Assembly (NCBI GenBank): GCA_017654855.1
Contig: CM030335.1
Span: forward strand, 3,658,001 to 3,722,000
Reading direction: 5' to 3'
DNA from: Podospora anserina
Lineage: Eukaryota
Length of the DNA: 64,000 nt
The notes below the pieces were generated by a model. It saw nothing but the letters and a program-made list of their open reading frames with translations, was not told the DNA's origin and made no database searches. The first letter of the stretch is position 1. The number at the start of each line of letters is the position of its first letter. Made by a program: the position numbers and the translations under genes. Shown piece after piece: positions 24,189 to 35,966 of this stretch.

Positions 24189-26178
24189 ATGAAGGCCTCA
24201 CCGACTGCGCTCGGCATCTTTGCCATCACGAGCCTTCAGTCTCTGGCGTCCGCCCTGACAATCGCCGAGATCAATGGCAACAAGTACATCTCGCCATACT
24301 CAGGGCAGACCGTGACCAACGTCACCGGTCTCCTGATCGCCAAGGGTCCCAACGGAGTATTCATTCGGTCGACAACCCCGGACAAGGACATTGCCACTTC
24401 TGAGGCCATCTATGTCTTTGACCGCAATGTGGGTGCCAACCTGACCGTGGGCGACATCATCTCTTTGGATGCCAAGGTGCTCGAGTATCGGTCAAGCAAC
24501 GCCTACCTCTATCTGACCGAGTTGTCCACTCCCAAGAATGTCCAGGTGCTCTCCAGCGGGAACAAGGTGAAGGCCTTGGTGATTGGGAAGGACACAATCG
24601 ACCCCCCCAACACTCAGTTCAGCTCGCTGGATGGCGGTGACATCTACAATGTGCCCAACGGAGTGGCCAACATCTCCGAAGTGAACCCTGTGCTGGAGCC
24701 CAAGAAGTTTGGATTGGATTTCTGGGAGAGCTTGAGCGGTGAACTGGTCACCGTTCGAAAGCCGAGTGTGATCAAGCAACCCAACAACTATGGTGATACC
24801 TGGGTCGTCGGTGACTGGAAGGTCACGGGGAAGAACAAGCAGGGAGGCATCACCATGACCGACAAAGGTGAGCAAACTTGCCAATTTGGTCTTGGGCTCT
24901 TGGTTTTTTTTATTAACATGTCAAACCATAGATTCCAACCCAGAGGCTATCGTCATTGGCTCCCCTCTTGATGGCACCAAGAACCCCAACACCAGCAAGA
25001 TGGGCGATGAACTCGAGGAAATCACCGGTGTCGTGCAACATGCCTTTGGTTTCTACTCGATCCTCCCCCTCACCGCCGTCAAGGTGAGCAAGCCCGCCAA
25101 GGGTGTTGCTGCTCAGAAGCCCACCAGCCTCAAGAGCAAGGGCCAGTGCAAGGCCATCACTGTCGGCAGCTACAACGTCGAAAATCTGTCTCCTTCGTCT
25201 GAACACCTGCCCCTGATTGCCAGCCACGTCGTCACCTACCTCAAGTCCCCTGATTTCCTCTTCCTCCAGGAAGTCCAGGACAACTCGGGCCCCACCAACA
25301 ACGACGGCATCACCTCTGCCAACCTGACCCTTTCCGCTCTCGCTGCCAGCATCAAGGCCGCTGGTGGTCCGACCTACGAGTTCGCCGAGGTTGCACCCGC
25401 CACCCCTAACCTTGACGGTGGCCAGCCAGGCGGCAACATCCGTCCCGCCTATCTCTACAACCCAGCCATCATCTCCCTTTACAAACCCAACCAGGGCCAA
25501 GGGGACGATGCCACCTCCGTTGTGAAGGGTTCGGGCAAGAACTCTCCTCCCTCCCTGACCTTCAACCCGGGCCGCATTGAGCCTGCCAACCCAGCCTGGA
25601 CCGCCTCTCGCAAGCCCGTTGTCGGTGCCTGGGTCGCCAAGGGTGCCACCAAGCCTTTCTTCACCGTCAACGTCCACTTCGGCAGCAAGGGCGGCGGTTC
25701 CAGCCTCCACGGCGACCGTCGTCCTCCCATCAATGGTGGTGTGACTGACAGACTTGCCCAGGCTAACGTCACTGCTGTAGGTCTTCAAGTGTTTTCTTCC
25801 ACTGTTCTTATCAAGATCCCGAGTCACTGACCCACCCGCCAGACCTTCATCTCCCAGATCCTCAACGCCGACCCCAAAGCTGCCGTCATCTCCGCCGGCG
25901 ACTTCAACGAGTTCTCCTTTGTCCGGCCCATGAAGACTTTTGCCGAGATCAGCAAGATGAAGGACCTGGACGAGGTGGCCGGCATCAAGCCCACCGAGCG
26001 GTACACTTACGCCTTTGACATGAACGCCCAGGCGCTCGACCACATGTACGTCAGCCCTTCGCTTGCGGCCAGCAGCAAGAGCGACTTTGAGCACATTCAC
26101 GTCAACACTTGGGGGTCGTACGCCGAGATGGTGTCGGACCATGATCCCAGCGTGGCTCTGTTTGATTTGTGCGGGTGA
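24189..26178 (+). CDS. Secreted endonuclease/exonuclease/phosphatase-family nuclease with N-terminal OB-fold-like region
   Basis: Signal peptide; 'LTIAEINGNKYISPY', 'FWESLSGELV', 'SYNVENL', 'LQEVQDNSG', 'AGDFNEF', 'LDHMYVS', 'SDHDPSV'; introns 24868-24931 and ~25776-25842. Confidence 0.92.
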
Positions 26179-26264
26179 GATGGTGTTGTGGGGAAAGGTG
26201 TACGAGTATTGCCTTGTCAGAGGCTTGTAATATTAATTGAAGTTCAGTAACATGTGAAAGATGA

Positions 26265-27257
26265 TTAGCTCAAGACGGACCAAGTTGGTGTCGAGGTGCC
26301 AGCAGAGCTCCCTGATATCGAATTCGAACTCCCATCGTCCTGACTCGACCTAGCCGTGACTGTTGCAGTTCCGACCCTGAATTCCTCTCTTGCAAAAGCT
26401 CGTGCAAAGACTGGGGGGTTGGGTGATGGGACTGGCACCGGCCTCATCTCCCCATCTGTGACCACCTGCCTGACGAGCGTCCCGTTGCTGTGGTGGACTA
26501 GTGTGACAGAGTCCGTCTCGAGGGAGGCAAAATCCATATGGCAGGCGGACATGCTGTCCTTGAGCCTCATGTCGGCGAGGTCGTAGGGGTTGAAGTTCCC
26601 CACGACCACGTAAAAGCCCTTGGATGGCGCGATCTGATACTCCTCGCTGGGCTGCGGGACGAAGGTGGCATAAGGGCCGATGCTCTGGCGTGTGGACGAG
26701 CAGAAGCCGACAACGAATTGGTCTGGGGTTCGGCGTTTAGCAGGATGTGCGGGGGTGAAAATAAAGTGTTATCAGTAGAAGGAACACCTACTCAGCTTCG
26801 CCTCCTTGACCGAAAAGTCGCCTCGGGTCTGAATGCAGAAGCACCCAACAGCACCGGACGGCGCGGGGTTGTTCTCGGTAAACGCCGGCGTGCCGCTCGA
26901 GCTGTCTATCATGAGCGTGGTCCCGGGTACGATATTGCCATGTTTGTCTGTCGACCCGAGTGTGACAAGTCGCTGGTCGATGACCTCAACGCCACTCCCG
27001 ACGCGTTTTCGGTTCTGGTCGTCAGGTGACGGGTCGACTTCGACATCGTAGACCCCGCATCTTGCGTACAACTTTTTGGAGAGCGTGAAGTTGGCCTGGC
27101 CATGCGGGGATGCCACCCCCCGGGCGCTGCTGATGATGCGAGTGACCACTTTGATGGCCGAGCCGCCGTTGTGCTTGATGGTTGGAGGTTCAGCGAATAG
27201 GGCGTAAGACCGCTTGATGTCGGAGCGGTTGTCGATTGAGATTGCGTATGGAGCCAT
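26265..27257 (-). CDS. Hypothetical beta-rich protein (possibly RhiA-like)
   Basis: ATG 27257; intron ~26724-26791 joins in frame to 'NQFVVGF...ATFVPQPSEEYQIAPSKGFYVVVGNF' and ORF 26265..26609. The family resemblance is by eye only. Confidence 0.65.
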
Positions 27258-28260
27258 GGCAGTATGTGATGATGCAGTCCTTGGGACAGAGTTATATGGC
27301 GTTGAGAACGTTATCTACGTCAATTCGTTGGCGGGACTGATGGAGCGCAGTTTGATGAAGCAAGGAACAGAGACCGTGTCGAAAGTCTAGAACCGAATGA
27401 CAGCTACAAAGTTTGTAACCTGTATGCAGGGGAGGTTCAGCTGGCCCTAATAATCGTGGCTTTTCATTATCGATATGCGTGATGGCCAAACGGGTATAGC
27501 TTGTGGCGTATTCCAGGATCACAAATCGCCTGAAGTGAAACTCTGGCTCTATCGATACATCGTGGAGCCGAAAATTGATGTTTTCGGAAACACTGTCCGC
27601 TCCATTCATGATCAGCACCCGTAAGATCCAACCTACCAACATACCTATTATAACACCCTGCTTGGCTGGCACTGCTGAATTGACAACTACCGATTGAATG
27701 AATGACATGGTGAGTGGTTCGAATTCGTATGGGATAGTCTACTTAGTGGCTGAAGATATTCCATACTTTCATCGATGTTATCTTATGTTCATAGTTGCAA
27801 TTCAGGGGCGCCCCTTAATCATCATCTTCCACGTGATACACACGTGACATATACCCCTCATTCCAATCTTCCCTTCGTAAATGCATGGCAGATTCCATTC
27901 TGTTGTCTTGGTTTCTTCTCGTCTCCCGTCAGGCATGAATCAACACATTCCAACCGGCGCGCACGGCATCTCCCTCCCACCGCGAGACACCCGACAGCGC
28001 GGCAGCTGGAACTCGCCAAGGAAAAAGCCTTTCCCCGTTCTGTCTCGGCCGGCCCGATTCCCGACAGCTGCAGCATCTCCCATTCTCCACTCTCGACACA
28101 TCGTCATCCACTCAGTGCCGGCCGGAGGCTCTATTCCTCAAAGTTCCTTCGTAGCAGGATTGATGAGTAATTGAATTCCAGAATAAAATAACCCCCCTCA
28201 TTTGTCTTCCATTCCCATCACCAGAATTCTCTACCAACTCGACAAAAAGTATCAGGAAAA

Positions 28261-29542
28261 ATGGCAGGAATCGCTCTCCTTGGTGCCGGCATCTTTGCCC
28301 GTCATGGTATGTTTTGGTCCTTTCTCATCAACAAATGCCCCACAAAAAATGAAAACAGCCCCTTTTCACACCCCTTACGTCATTGCCTCCATTCCCACCA
28401 CCATTCACCATCACCAGAACCATCACCACCACCAGTACGCAGCAAGGCTAACACGAAATGTAGAACACCTCCCCGCCATCCTCGCCTCCCCAGACTTGCT
28501 CTCCCTCAAAGCAGTCTACTCCCGTTCTCAGACCTCCTCCGTCGCCCTAGCCGACGCCCTCCCCGCCGACGGCCCCAAGCCAGACATCTACTATGACTCC
28601 CCCTCCGAGCCCGGCCGCGGCCTGGCTGACCTCCTCAAGAGAGACGACATCGTCGCCGTGGACGTTGCGTTGCCTATTCTGGCCCAGCCCGAGGTGATCA
28701 AAGCTGCTCTCAAGGCCGGAAAGCACGTCCTTTCCGAGAAGCCCGTCGCGGCCGATGTCAAGGGGGCAAGGGAGTTGATCAAGTGGTACGAGACTGAATT
28801 GCCAGCCGAGAAGAAGCCGCTGTGGGGTGTGGCGGAGAACTTTCGGTACATGAAGAGTTTGGTGTTTGCTGGGGAGGAGGTCAAGAGGATTGGAGGCCGG
28901 GTGGTGAGCTTCAAGCTGGAGAAGTTTGGGTGGGTGGCGGAGGATAACAAGTATTTCAACACTCAGTGTGAGTTTGTTCTGGCTACCTACGTATGGGAAG
29001 GGAAAGTGAGATGCTAACATGGACACGGAATAGGGCGCAAGGTTCCTGACTACCAGGGTGGATTCTTGCTGGACGGTGGAGTGCATTTTGTGGCTGCGCT
29101 GCGATACTTGCTTGGGGCTTCTGGACAGGAGTTGAGCAAGGTGGCTGCGTATACCGCTCTTTTGGAAGAGAGATTACAGCCTCTGGATACCATCCACGGT
29201 GTTGCTTCGACCAAGCAGGGCGTGAATGGCTCGATTGTCCTTTCTTTTGGGACCGAGTTCAAGAACGGGACGGATTTGGAGATCATCACAACCAATGGAA
29301 CTGTCAGCTGGAGCCCAACCGAGGTCAAGACTGTGACCAAGGAGGGGGAGAGCAAGAAAGAGTTTGAGTACAGCTCTGGTGTTGGCGAGGAGGTGGCTGT
29401 GTTTGCACGGGCTATCAAGGCCGGCACTGGAAAGGTCGACGGTCTGCAGACTCCCGAGGAAGCGTTCAGGGACTTGGAGGTTTTGGAAGGATTGCTAGAG
29501 TCTGGATCTGGGGGCGCCAAGGTGAAGGAGATGTCGGTTTAA
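28261..29542 (+). CDS. Gfo/Idh/MocA NAD(P)-dependent oxidoreductase
   Basis: 'IALLGAGIFA' Rossmann start, 'AGKHVLSEKP', 'VAENFR', 'GGFLLDGGVHF'; introns ~28307-28463 and ~28968-29033. Confidence 0.92.
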
Positions 29543-30517
29543 ATACTGATTGTCCATTTTTGAAAACTACCCTACTTACCTACCTACCTACCATGCGCCA
29601 TCCCCAGCCTCTGCCGTGACGCAATGCCTTCCCTTCCTTCCTAGGTACTTTTCACTTCCCTGACACTTTATCGCCCAGCAAGATAGCACGTACAGGCGCT
29701 GCTAATCCTTGACGCGTTGTTCGTACACGCTGATGCGATGGCCGATGATACCGAGGCCGGCAGAATCTGGCGTCTCACGATGGTAGTGACGCCGGTTGCT
29801 CTGTGAGAACGGAGGTTAGCTAGCTGGTGGCATTGGTCGAACCTTGAAACCAAGAGATAAAACCTACGTAGCTGTGACGGTGCGCGTGCTCGGAATAGAC
29901 GTGCTGACTCGTGTAGCAACTGCAGTAACCCTCAGCGTTTGGGTAGCAACGACGACAGGCGTGAGGTATGTGAAGCAGAATGCTCGGCCGGTCTGTGTGC
30001 CGTATTGGTTGATGCGGCTGCGACATATATCGGCTGTACAAGCTGTTTGGTGTTAGAGTCATATCATATCAGGTGTCATACAACGTGGGGATGTATGTAC
30101 TTTGAGCTGCCGCGAAGGCAAGGAGCAAGGAGCTGATCAGGAACGAAAAGAGCTTCATTGTGGGCCAGACTCTTTGTTTGGATGTGGTCACTGAGGGTTT
30201 ACTATTCAGCGCTTGTGGGAAACTCCACTCTAGATTCAGCGCATCAGGACAACGTGTGTCTATTTATCCTCCATTGCAACGAAAAGATAATATTTTGGGC
30301 GGATAGGCAGTGATGCTCACTCGGCCGAGTGCATTCCAAAGAAAATTGGATAACTGAAACACGTCGCTACGATGCCGCGGAGATTTTGACGATGAACGTT
30401 GGTCAGAGTGACACAGTTTGACGTAATTTTAGGAATCGATCGCCGTCTTGTAGACACAGTGCCGAGGAGTGGCGTCCCCAGAATTCCAACGGGCGAGCAA
30501 CGTGGTATTCCGTCACT

Positions 30518-31864
30518 CTAAATATGAGGTATATACATCGACCATCTCACATTCATGTAAGCTGTGGCATCAATGTCTCGCAGCTCCAGAAACGCCGCGA
30601 GGATTAAGTACATCCTAGCGATCCCATACAGCAAAGCAACAAGCCCAATCGTCCAGAACCCCCATGCAAGTGGTAGAGTGGTAGGTTCACGTGCCGCTTT
30701 GGCCCTCAGCTTTTCTATCCTTGCTTGCTCAGAATCGGGAATAGCGGCCTTTGTTTGTTATCCAGAGATAGGTCCACTTCCATCTCCCAAGGCGTATCCA
30801 AGACGCTGCTGTTTCGAGAACCCAAAATGCTGCCGTGACACCAAACGGTATCGAGCTGGATACTCTCCACAACACCTTTTCCGTTGTAGTTGGAAAGGAA
30901 AAGTTCCATCCAGCCACATGAACAGCAGTAAACAAAAGTTTCGCAAAACACAAGAAGTATTCTTGCGCACCATATGGGTTCATCGGAAACCGGTCGTTGG
31001 GGATATGCTGAATCAGCTGGTCGGGCGGGATCACTGGCATTTTCATCAACGGTTGGACATTGAGTGTCCGGCCCGGACCGTTCTCATCGATGAAATCTAA
31101 TGGTGTGGTTCTCCATGGCCGATCGCCCGTAATATCGCCGATCGCTGTTCTTGTCGCAAGCTTTATCGGTGTCCTGACATCGGCCGGCTTGTGAAGCCAA
31201 GCGTAAGCAGTCATCAGAGAGCATACCACGATGTCCATAGTGTTCAACTCGAGCGTCGTGATAGCCAGTAGCTGTCCGGCCCGACCAATCGCATGTATGA
31301 TTGTGTAGCCAACCTGAAAGGATGTGATGAGGCGTGCAAACCGGTCCTGTTTTGACTTGTACCAGATCTCGCCGACATCGGTTTCGGGATCTTCGATATG
31401 ATTGTTAACAACTAACCAGTGAAGTTGCTTGGCGTTCAGGGGAAAGGGGCCACTGGCTGCCGCTTCGAACACGAAGCCTCCCACATCGGCAAAGAAGGCC
31501 ATTCACATGGTCCATTCCATTGGGTGTAGCCGGAGCTGTGGAAGTCGTGAACAGAGTGACGAGCTCTGCCCCACCGCCCCGCGGCATAGGTGAGAACAGT
31601 TTTCTGGCGCTGGAATAGCCAAGAGCGTCCATAGGACCCGACGGCGGAAGAGGATGTAAACGTGTCTGACTTGTGTGGGACATTCAAGCAGTGAAGAATG
31701 AAAGTGCAGATAAATATAATAACAAGTGACGTCCAAAGGATCCCCCAAGTTCCGCGTAAATCCGGCTCACCAACCCACCCTTGAACGCGGCCGTTATAAG
31801 CTTCCAAAGAGGCAGATGCTCTGACTTCAGGCTCGAGGGCTTTGGTATCCGCTTTGCTGCTCAT
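30518..31864 (-). pseudogene. Multi-pass fungal membrane protein ('GWV..P..RGT..I.W / AFFADMGGF' family), disrupted
   Basis: Family-like segments lie in different frames: 'GWVGEPDLRGTWGILW', 'LFRRRVLWTLLAIPAPE', 'MAFFADVGGF', 'WLHKPADV', 'HVAGWNFSFPT', 'YGIARMYLI...WSMYIPHI*'. At least four frameshifts and an in-frame TGA at ~31503. Confidence 0.8.
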
Positions 31865-32492
31865 TCTACCTCCTGTCTCGCGACCTGGTCGCCTGTCTCT
31901 TGCTGCTCAAAACGGAAATCGAGTCACACGCCTCCGGGATCAAAGAAAGCAGACAACCGCGATAGATTGAATCGGAAGGTGAGGTATCGTAAGGTGGGTA
32001 AACTTTCTGGTGTGGAACTCGAGTTCAACTTTGCTAAAGAATACCTATCGGTTATAGAGCAGTTACCGGGCTGGACCTCGCTTTACATACCTTTCCAACC
32101 TGGAGAACCAAAAGTGGCACCAGCTGGTTTCAGGACCAAGCCCAAGTACCTCGTGCAGCTGAATGCACATCGACAATAACAACAACGATTACTGTTGGCC
32201 AACATATAGCTGCAGTTGGAGTTTGGGTACCAGGTAGTTGGCCACAACCAGAAGCCCTTTGCCAGGTGGCCCGTGCAGTGACATGTGCCTCACACGGAGC
32301 AGTCTGCACATTTCATCATGGGCCTGGAGTTGAGTTATCTCGCACCGCGGAAAGTCTCAGGTTGTTCTAGACTTCCGGGTGCTGCAACCAAACATTCATA
32401 TTCATATTCCTTGCTATATTATTCTTACACTTCGACTGCCCGTCGAGCTTTGTTGACGAAATAAGGTACCAACTATAGCTTGCAGATGCACC

Positions 32493-33713
32493 ATGCCACC
32501 TCCCATGTCCCTCAATTCAGTCCTATACTCGGCGGTTTACATTTTTGGTGTTTTTGTTGTTGAATACTTTATTTTCCTCACTAGCCTCGCTATCCCATTT
32601 TTTCAAAATCAAGTCTTTTACTTGCACAGGGTGACTCTTACCTGGTTTCAAGACATCACTGTGCCTGAGCAATGGGGCTTCTTGCGCAACGAAGTGTCCC
32701 CATTCACTCTCCAGGCCCCGGACAGAGTCACGCTGCAGGCCTGGCATATGCTCCCGCTTTAACTCTATCGCCAGCATGGAGAGGAGCTCATCAAAGAATC
32801 AACGGCAAATTCCCAAGACATTACCAAGCGTCGTGGTTTCCAGCTGCTTCAGGATGATCCCGAGGCCCTCCTGGTCCTTTACCTCCACGGGGCCGCAGGC
32901 ACACTGGGTTCCGGTTGGTGACCACCAAGCTACCGGGCCATGTCAGCGGGTGCCCCAGGCCGGATACATACCGTTGCGTTTGATTATCGTGGTTTTGGAA
33001 TGAGCGGGGGCTCACCATCCGAAGAAGGTCTTCTCATTGACGCTCTCACCTTGGTTGACTGGGACATCAAGGAAGCCAGTATCCCCCCTTCACGAATCGT
33101 CGTTTTTGGGCAGTTCATAGGGACTGGCATCACCTGTGCGCCATCTAGCTGCGCAGCTAGACCCAATTCTCTTCGCGGCATCGTCTTTGTTGCACCTTTT
33201 GCAGATGTGGAGCGACTGACAGCAACCTACCGCGTGGCTGGTACTATTCCACTCCTGGGTCCTTTGGCTCCCTTCCCTCGACTTCTTGCGTTCTTCAGCA
33301 AGTTCATTGTCAGCAAATGGCCCAGCAAAGACAACATTCCGGCCTTTGTTCGCCATTGTGAGGAGATGTCGGGCGAAGATCAAAAGTATCACATCACCAT
33401 TATTCATGCTCAAGATGATTACGACTTCCCTTGGTCTCATAGTGACCAGATGTGTTGGCATGCAATCAGTGCCACAAGGGTTGGAGGCATCACGTTCGAG
33501 GAACTCGAGGAAGAAAAGGAGCAAACCAAAAAATTATTGGGCCCAGCAGGCTGGGTCGTCGAACACCAAACAGCGAAGGGCTTGATTCGAGAGGAGATTG
33601 CCAAGTGGGGGGTTCATGACTGTATCATGTCGTATCCGTTTGTGAGCTTGGCTATACTGAGGGCATTTGAAAGTAAAGGAAGTCTTAGGCCGGAACTTAC
33701 TGCCAGTCGGTGA
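32493..33713 (+). pseudogene. ABHD12/Bem46-like alpha/beta hydrolase with two premature stops
   Basis: One frame from ATG 32493 with TAA at 32760 and TGA at 32919; 'LQAWHMLP', 'LYLHGAAG', 'FDYRGFGMSGGSPSEEGL'; the nucleophile elbow reads GQFIG instead of GxSxG. Confidence 0.85.
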
Positions 33714-34192
33714 ACCTGCGCAAGAGAAGCCGCTGCAATGTCTTGTGATGGTTCGGAGTAAGCAAACCACCGGTATCTTGGACATGAGATAAGGGAGAGG
33801 TTCCTGATATTGCCAGAAACTACCAGGACAGTGGCATGAAACATTCAGTAGCTGCCCGCCGTGTGCCTTGATAATATCATCGTCGATGGTTCTTTGTTTA
33901 AATTGTCCTATTTCAAGAACAATCCTCTTTGTCACCACGTGGTGAATCTTGACAGTATTGTCCCCAAAGTATCTTCTCTTTATTTGTATGCTATTTCTGG
34001 ACTACGGTTGTGGTAACCTTTGGTGTGGCTATTGCCTTCTAGACAAAGTCTAGACATGATTCATTGTCTTGGCAATATCCCTTGATACATATAGGACCAG
34101 AAGGTCGGGCATCATATAAGCAGGCAAGATTTGGGGTATATAGAAAATTTTCACCACATCATCTCTTACCTTACCTTATACGCATCATCATC

Positions 34193-35743
34193 ATGCATAC
34201 TGTGTCTTTCCTAGCTACAGCCCTGGCTGCTCAAGCGGCCAGAGCCCATCTCATTATGAACACTCCCATCCCTTACAACTACCACGGGACCAGCTCCCTC
34301 GTTCAAGTCGATCCTCTTAGGGCGCTTCCCTTCCCATGCCAGGGCAACACCGATGTTGTCGAGGTGACATCCATGCAGGCCGGTACCGAGCAGCTCGTAA
34401 AGTTCACCGGCGGTGCCCAGCATGGTGGCGGTTCTTGCCAGTTCAGTGTCACCTATGACTTCCCGCCTCCGGCTGACAAGTCAAAGTGGAAGACAATCTA
34501 CACTTTGATTGGAGGGTATCCTGTCTCTGCAGCTGGCAACTTGCCCGCCGCCCAACCTGATCAAGACGGACGTGCTGACTCTCCCCAGTGCGGCAATGAT
34601 TCTGGAGTCGAGTGCGTTAGACAGTTCAACGTTCCTATCCCGAAGGATATGCCAAACGGGAACGCTACCTTCGCCTGGACTTGGTACAACAAGATCGGCA
34701 ATCATGAGGTCTACATGAACTGCGCCCCTGTTAAGATCAGCGGTGGCTCCGACGATACGACCTTTTTCAACTCGCTTCCTCAGATGTTCGTGGCCAACAT
34801 TCGCGGTGAGTGTACCACCAACAATGGTGTTCTCAACATTCCCAATCCTGGTAAGTTCGGAAAGGTTCTTGAGCAACCTGCTCCCCGCAGCGAGGGGACT
34901 TGCGAGAAGGCTGCTGGCGTTCCTACTTTCGACGGAGACTCTGGGGCTGCTTCTGCTCCTGCTCCCACCCAAGGTCAGTCGTCTACTTTGATCACCTCTA
35001 CCAGCTCTGCCACCGTCCCTCCCACTGCTACCTCCCCAGAGGAGGATATTACAACCATCACCCCTACTTCTTTGGAGACCTCAGTTGTGGTTATTCCCAC
35101 TACAACCCCTGCCGTCGTCATTCCGGAGTTGGTCGGCGTTCCTTGCTCCCCAGAGCGTAGTCTCTTTTGCTTCTCGCCATCCGAGTTTGGAATCTGCAAC
35201 GGAGGTATTGCTACACCTCAGGCAGTGGCTCCTGATACGACCTGTTTATTTGGGAACCCCTTGAGCAAGAGGAGCGTCAAGTATGTCTCCAAAGTTGTAG
35301 TCGTGGGACCTAGGCAAATCACTGCCATCACTCCTATCGAAGACAAGCCCACCAAGATTAGTGCTATCACTCCCATCGATGATCCCACCAAGATTAGCGC
35401 CATCACCCCTATTGACGAGCCTACCAAGATCAGTGCCATCACCCCTATTGATGAGCCTACCAAGATCAGTGCCATCACTCCTATTGAGGACCCCACCAAG
35501 CTCACCACCATCATCCCAATTGAGCCTACTAGCAGACTCACTACAATTATTCCCATTGACCCCACAACTGAGTTTCCTTCCAGAGGTGGTGCTCTGCCCA
35601 CTCCTGCCCCGGCTCCTGTCCCGGCTCTCGCCCCTCCTCCTCTCAGGGGAACTCCCTGCAACAAGGTCGGCAGCTTCTGCTTCTGTAAGGTGGCAGGCAA
35701 GGTATTTCCTCAGCCTGTCCCTATGGGAGCTATCTGCACCTAA
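34193..35743 (+). CDS. AA11 lytic polysaccharide monooxygenase with S/T linker, Cys-rich modules and a 12-aa tandem repeat
   Basis: Signal peptide ending AARA followed by His1 (HLIMNTPIPY); 'HGGGSCQFSVTYD'; 'FAWTWYNKIGNHEVYMNCAPV'; 'LPQMFVANI'. Confidence 0.92.
   Translation: MHTVSFLATALAAQAARAHLIMNTPIPYNYHGTSSLVQVDPLRALPFPCQGNTDVVEVTSMQAGTEQLVKFTGGAQHGGGSCQFSVTYDFPPPADKSKWKTIYTLIGGYPVSAAGNLPAAQPDQDGRADSPQCGNDSGVECVRQFNVPIPKDMPNGNATFAWTWYNKIGNHEVYMNCAPVKISGGSDDTTFFNSLPQMFVANIRGECTTNNGVLNIPNPGKFGKVLEQPAPRSEGTCEKAAGVPTFDGDSGAASAPAPTQGQSSTLITSTSSATVPPTATSPEEDITTITPTSLETSVVVIPTTTPAVVIPELVGVPCSPERSLFCFSPSEFGICNGGIATPQAVAPDTTCLFGNPLSKRSVKYVSKVVVVGPRQITAITPIEDKPTKISAITPIDDPTKISAITPIDEPTKISAITPIDEPTKISAITPIEDPTKLTTIIPIEPTSRLTTIIPIDPTTEFPSRGGALPTPAPAPVPALAPPPLRGTPCNKVGSFCFCKVAGKVFPQPVPMGAICT
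35318..35569 (+). repeat. 36-bp coding minisatellite, about 7 copies (PTKISAITPIDE)
   Basis: Units such as cccaccaagattagtgctatcactcccatcgatgat; central copies differ mostly at third codon positions, flanking copies are more diverged. Confidence 0.95.
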
Positions 35744-35966
35744 CCGGTAAGCGCCTGGATCGTAGTCACCTACCTATTTTCTTTTCTTTTCTTGTACAAA
35801 TTTGGATACCCATAGATTGATAAATTGAAAGAAAAAAGTTCAAGATTACCGAGATGTCTCATCGTTTAGGCCAATTCCATGTGACTTGCTGTTCAACTCT
35901 GACAACGCTTTGACTACTGACATCCAAGGCAGCGAGCGATATCTGAAGAATATGGGTTTAGGCACT

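Noticed and set aside
27716..27731. GGTTCGAATTC resembling a tRNA T-loop/B-box
   Set aside because: No cloverleaf stems or A-box at the proper spacing.
29570..29593. (CCTA)n tract after the oxidoreductase stop
   Set aside because: A short, common fungal 3'-region microsatellite, not telomeric repeat.
35318..35569. 36-bp repeats as a CRISPR-like array
   Set aside because: Head-to-tail coding repeats without unique spacers, in a eukaryotic gene.
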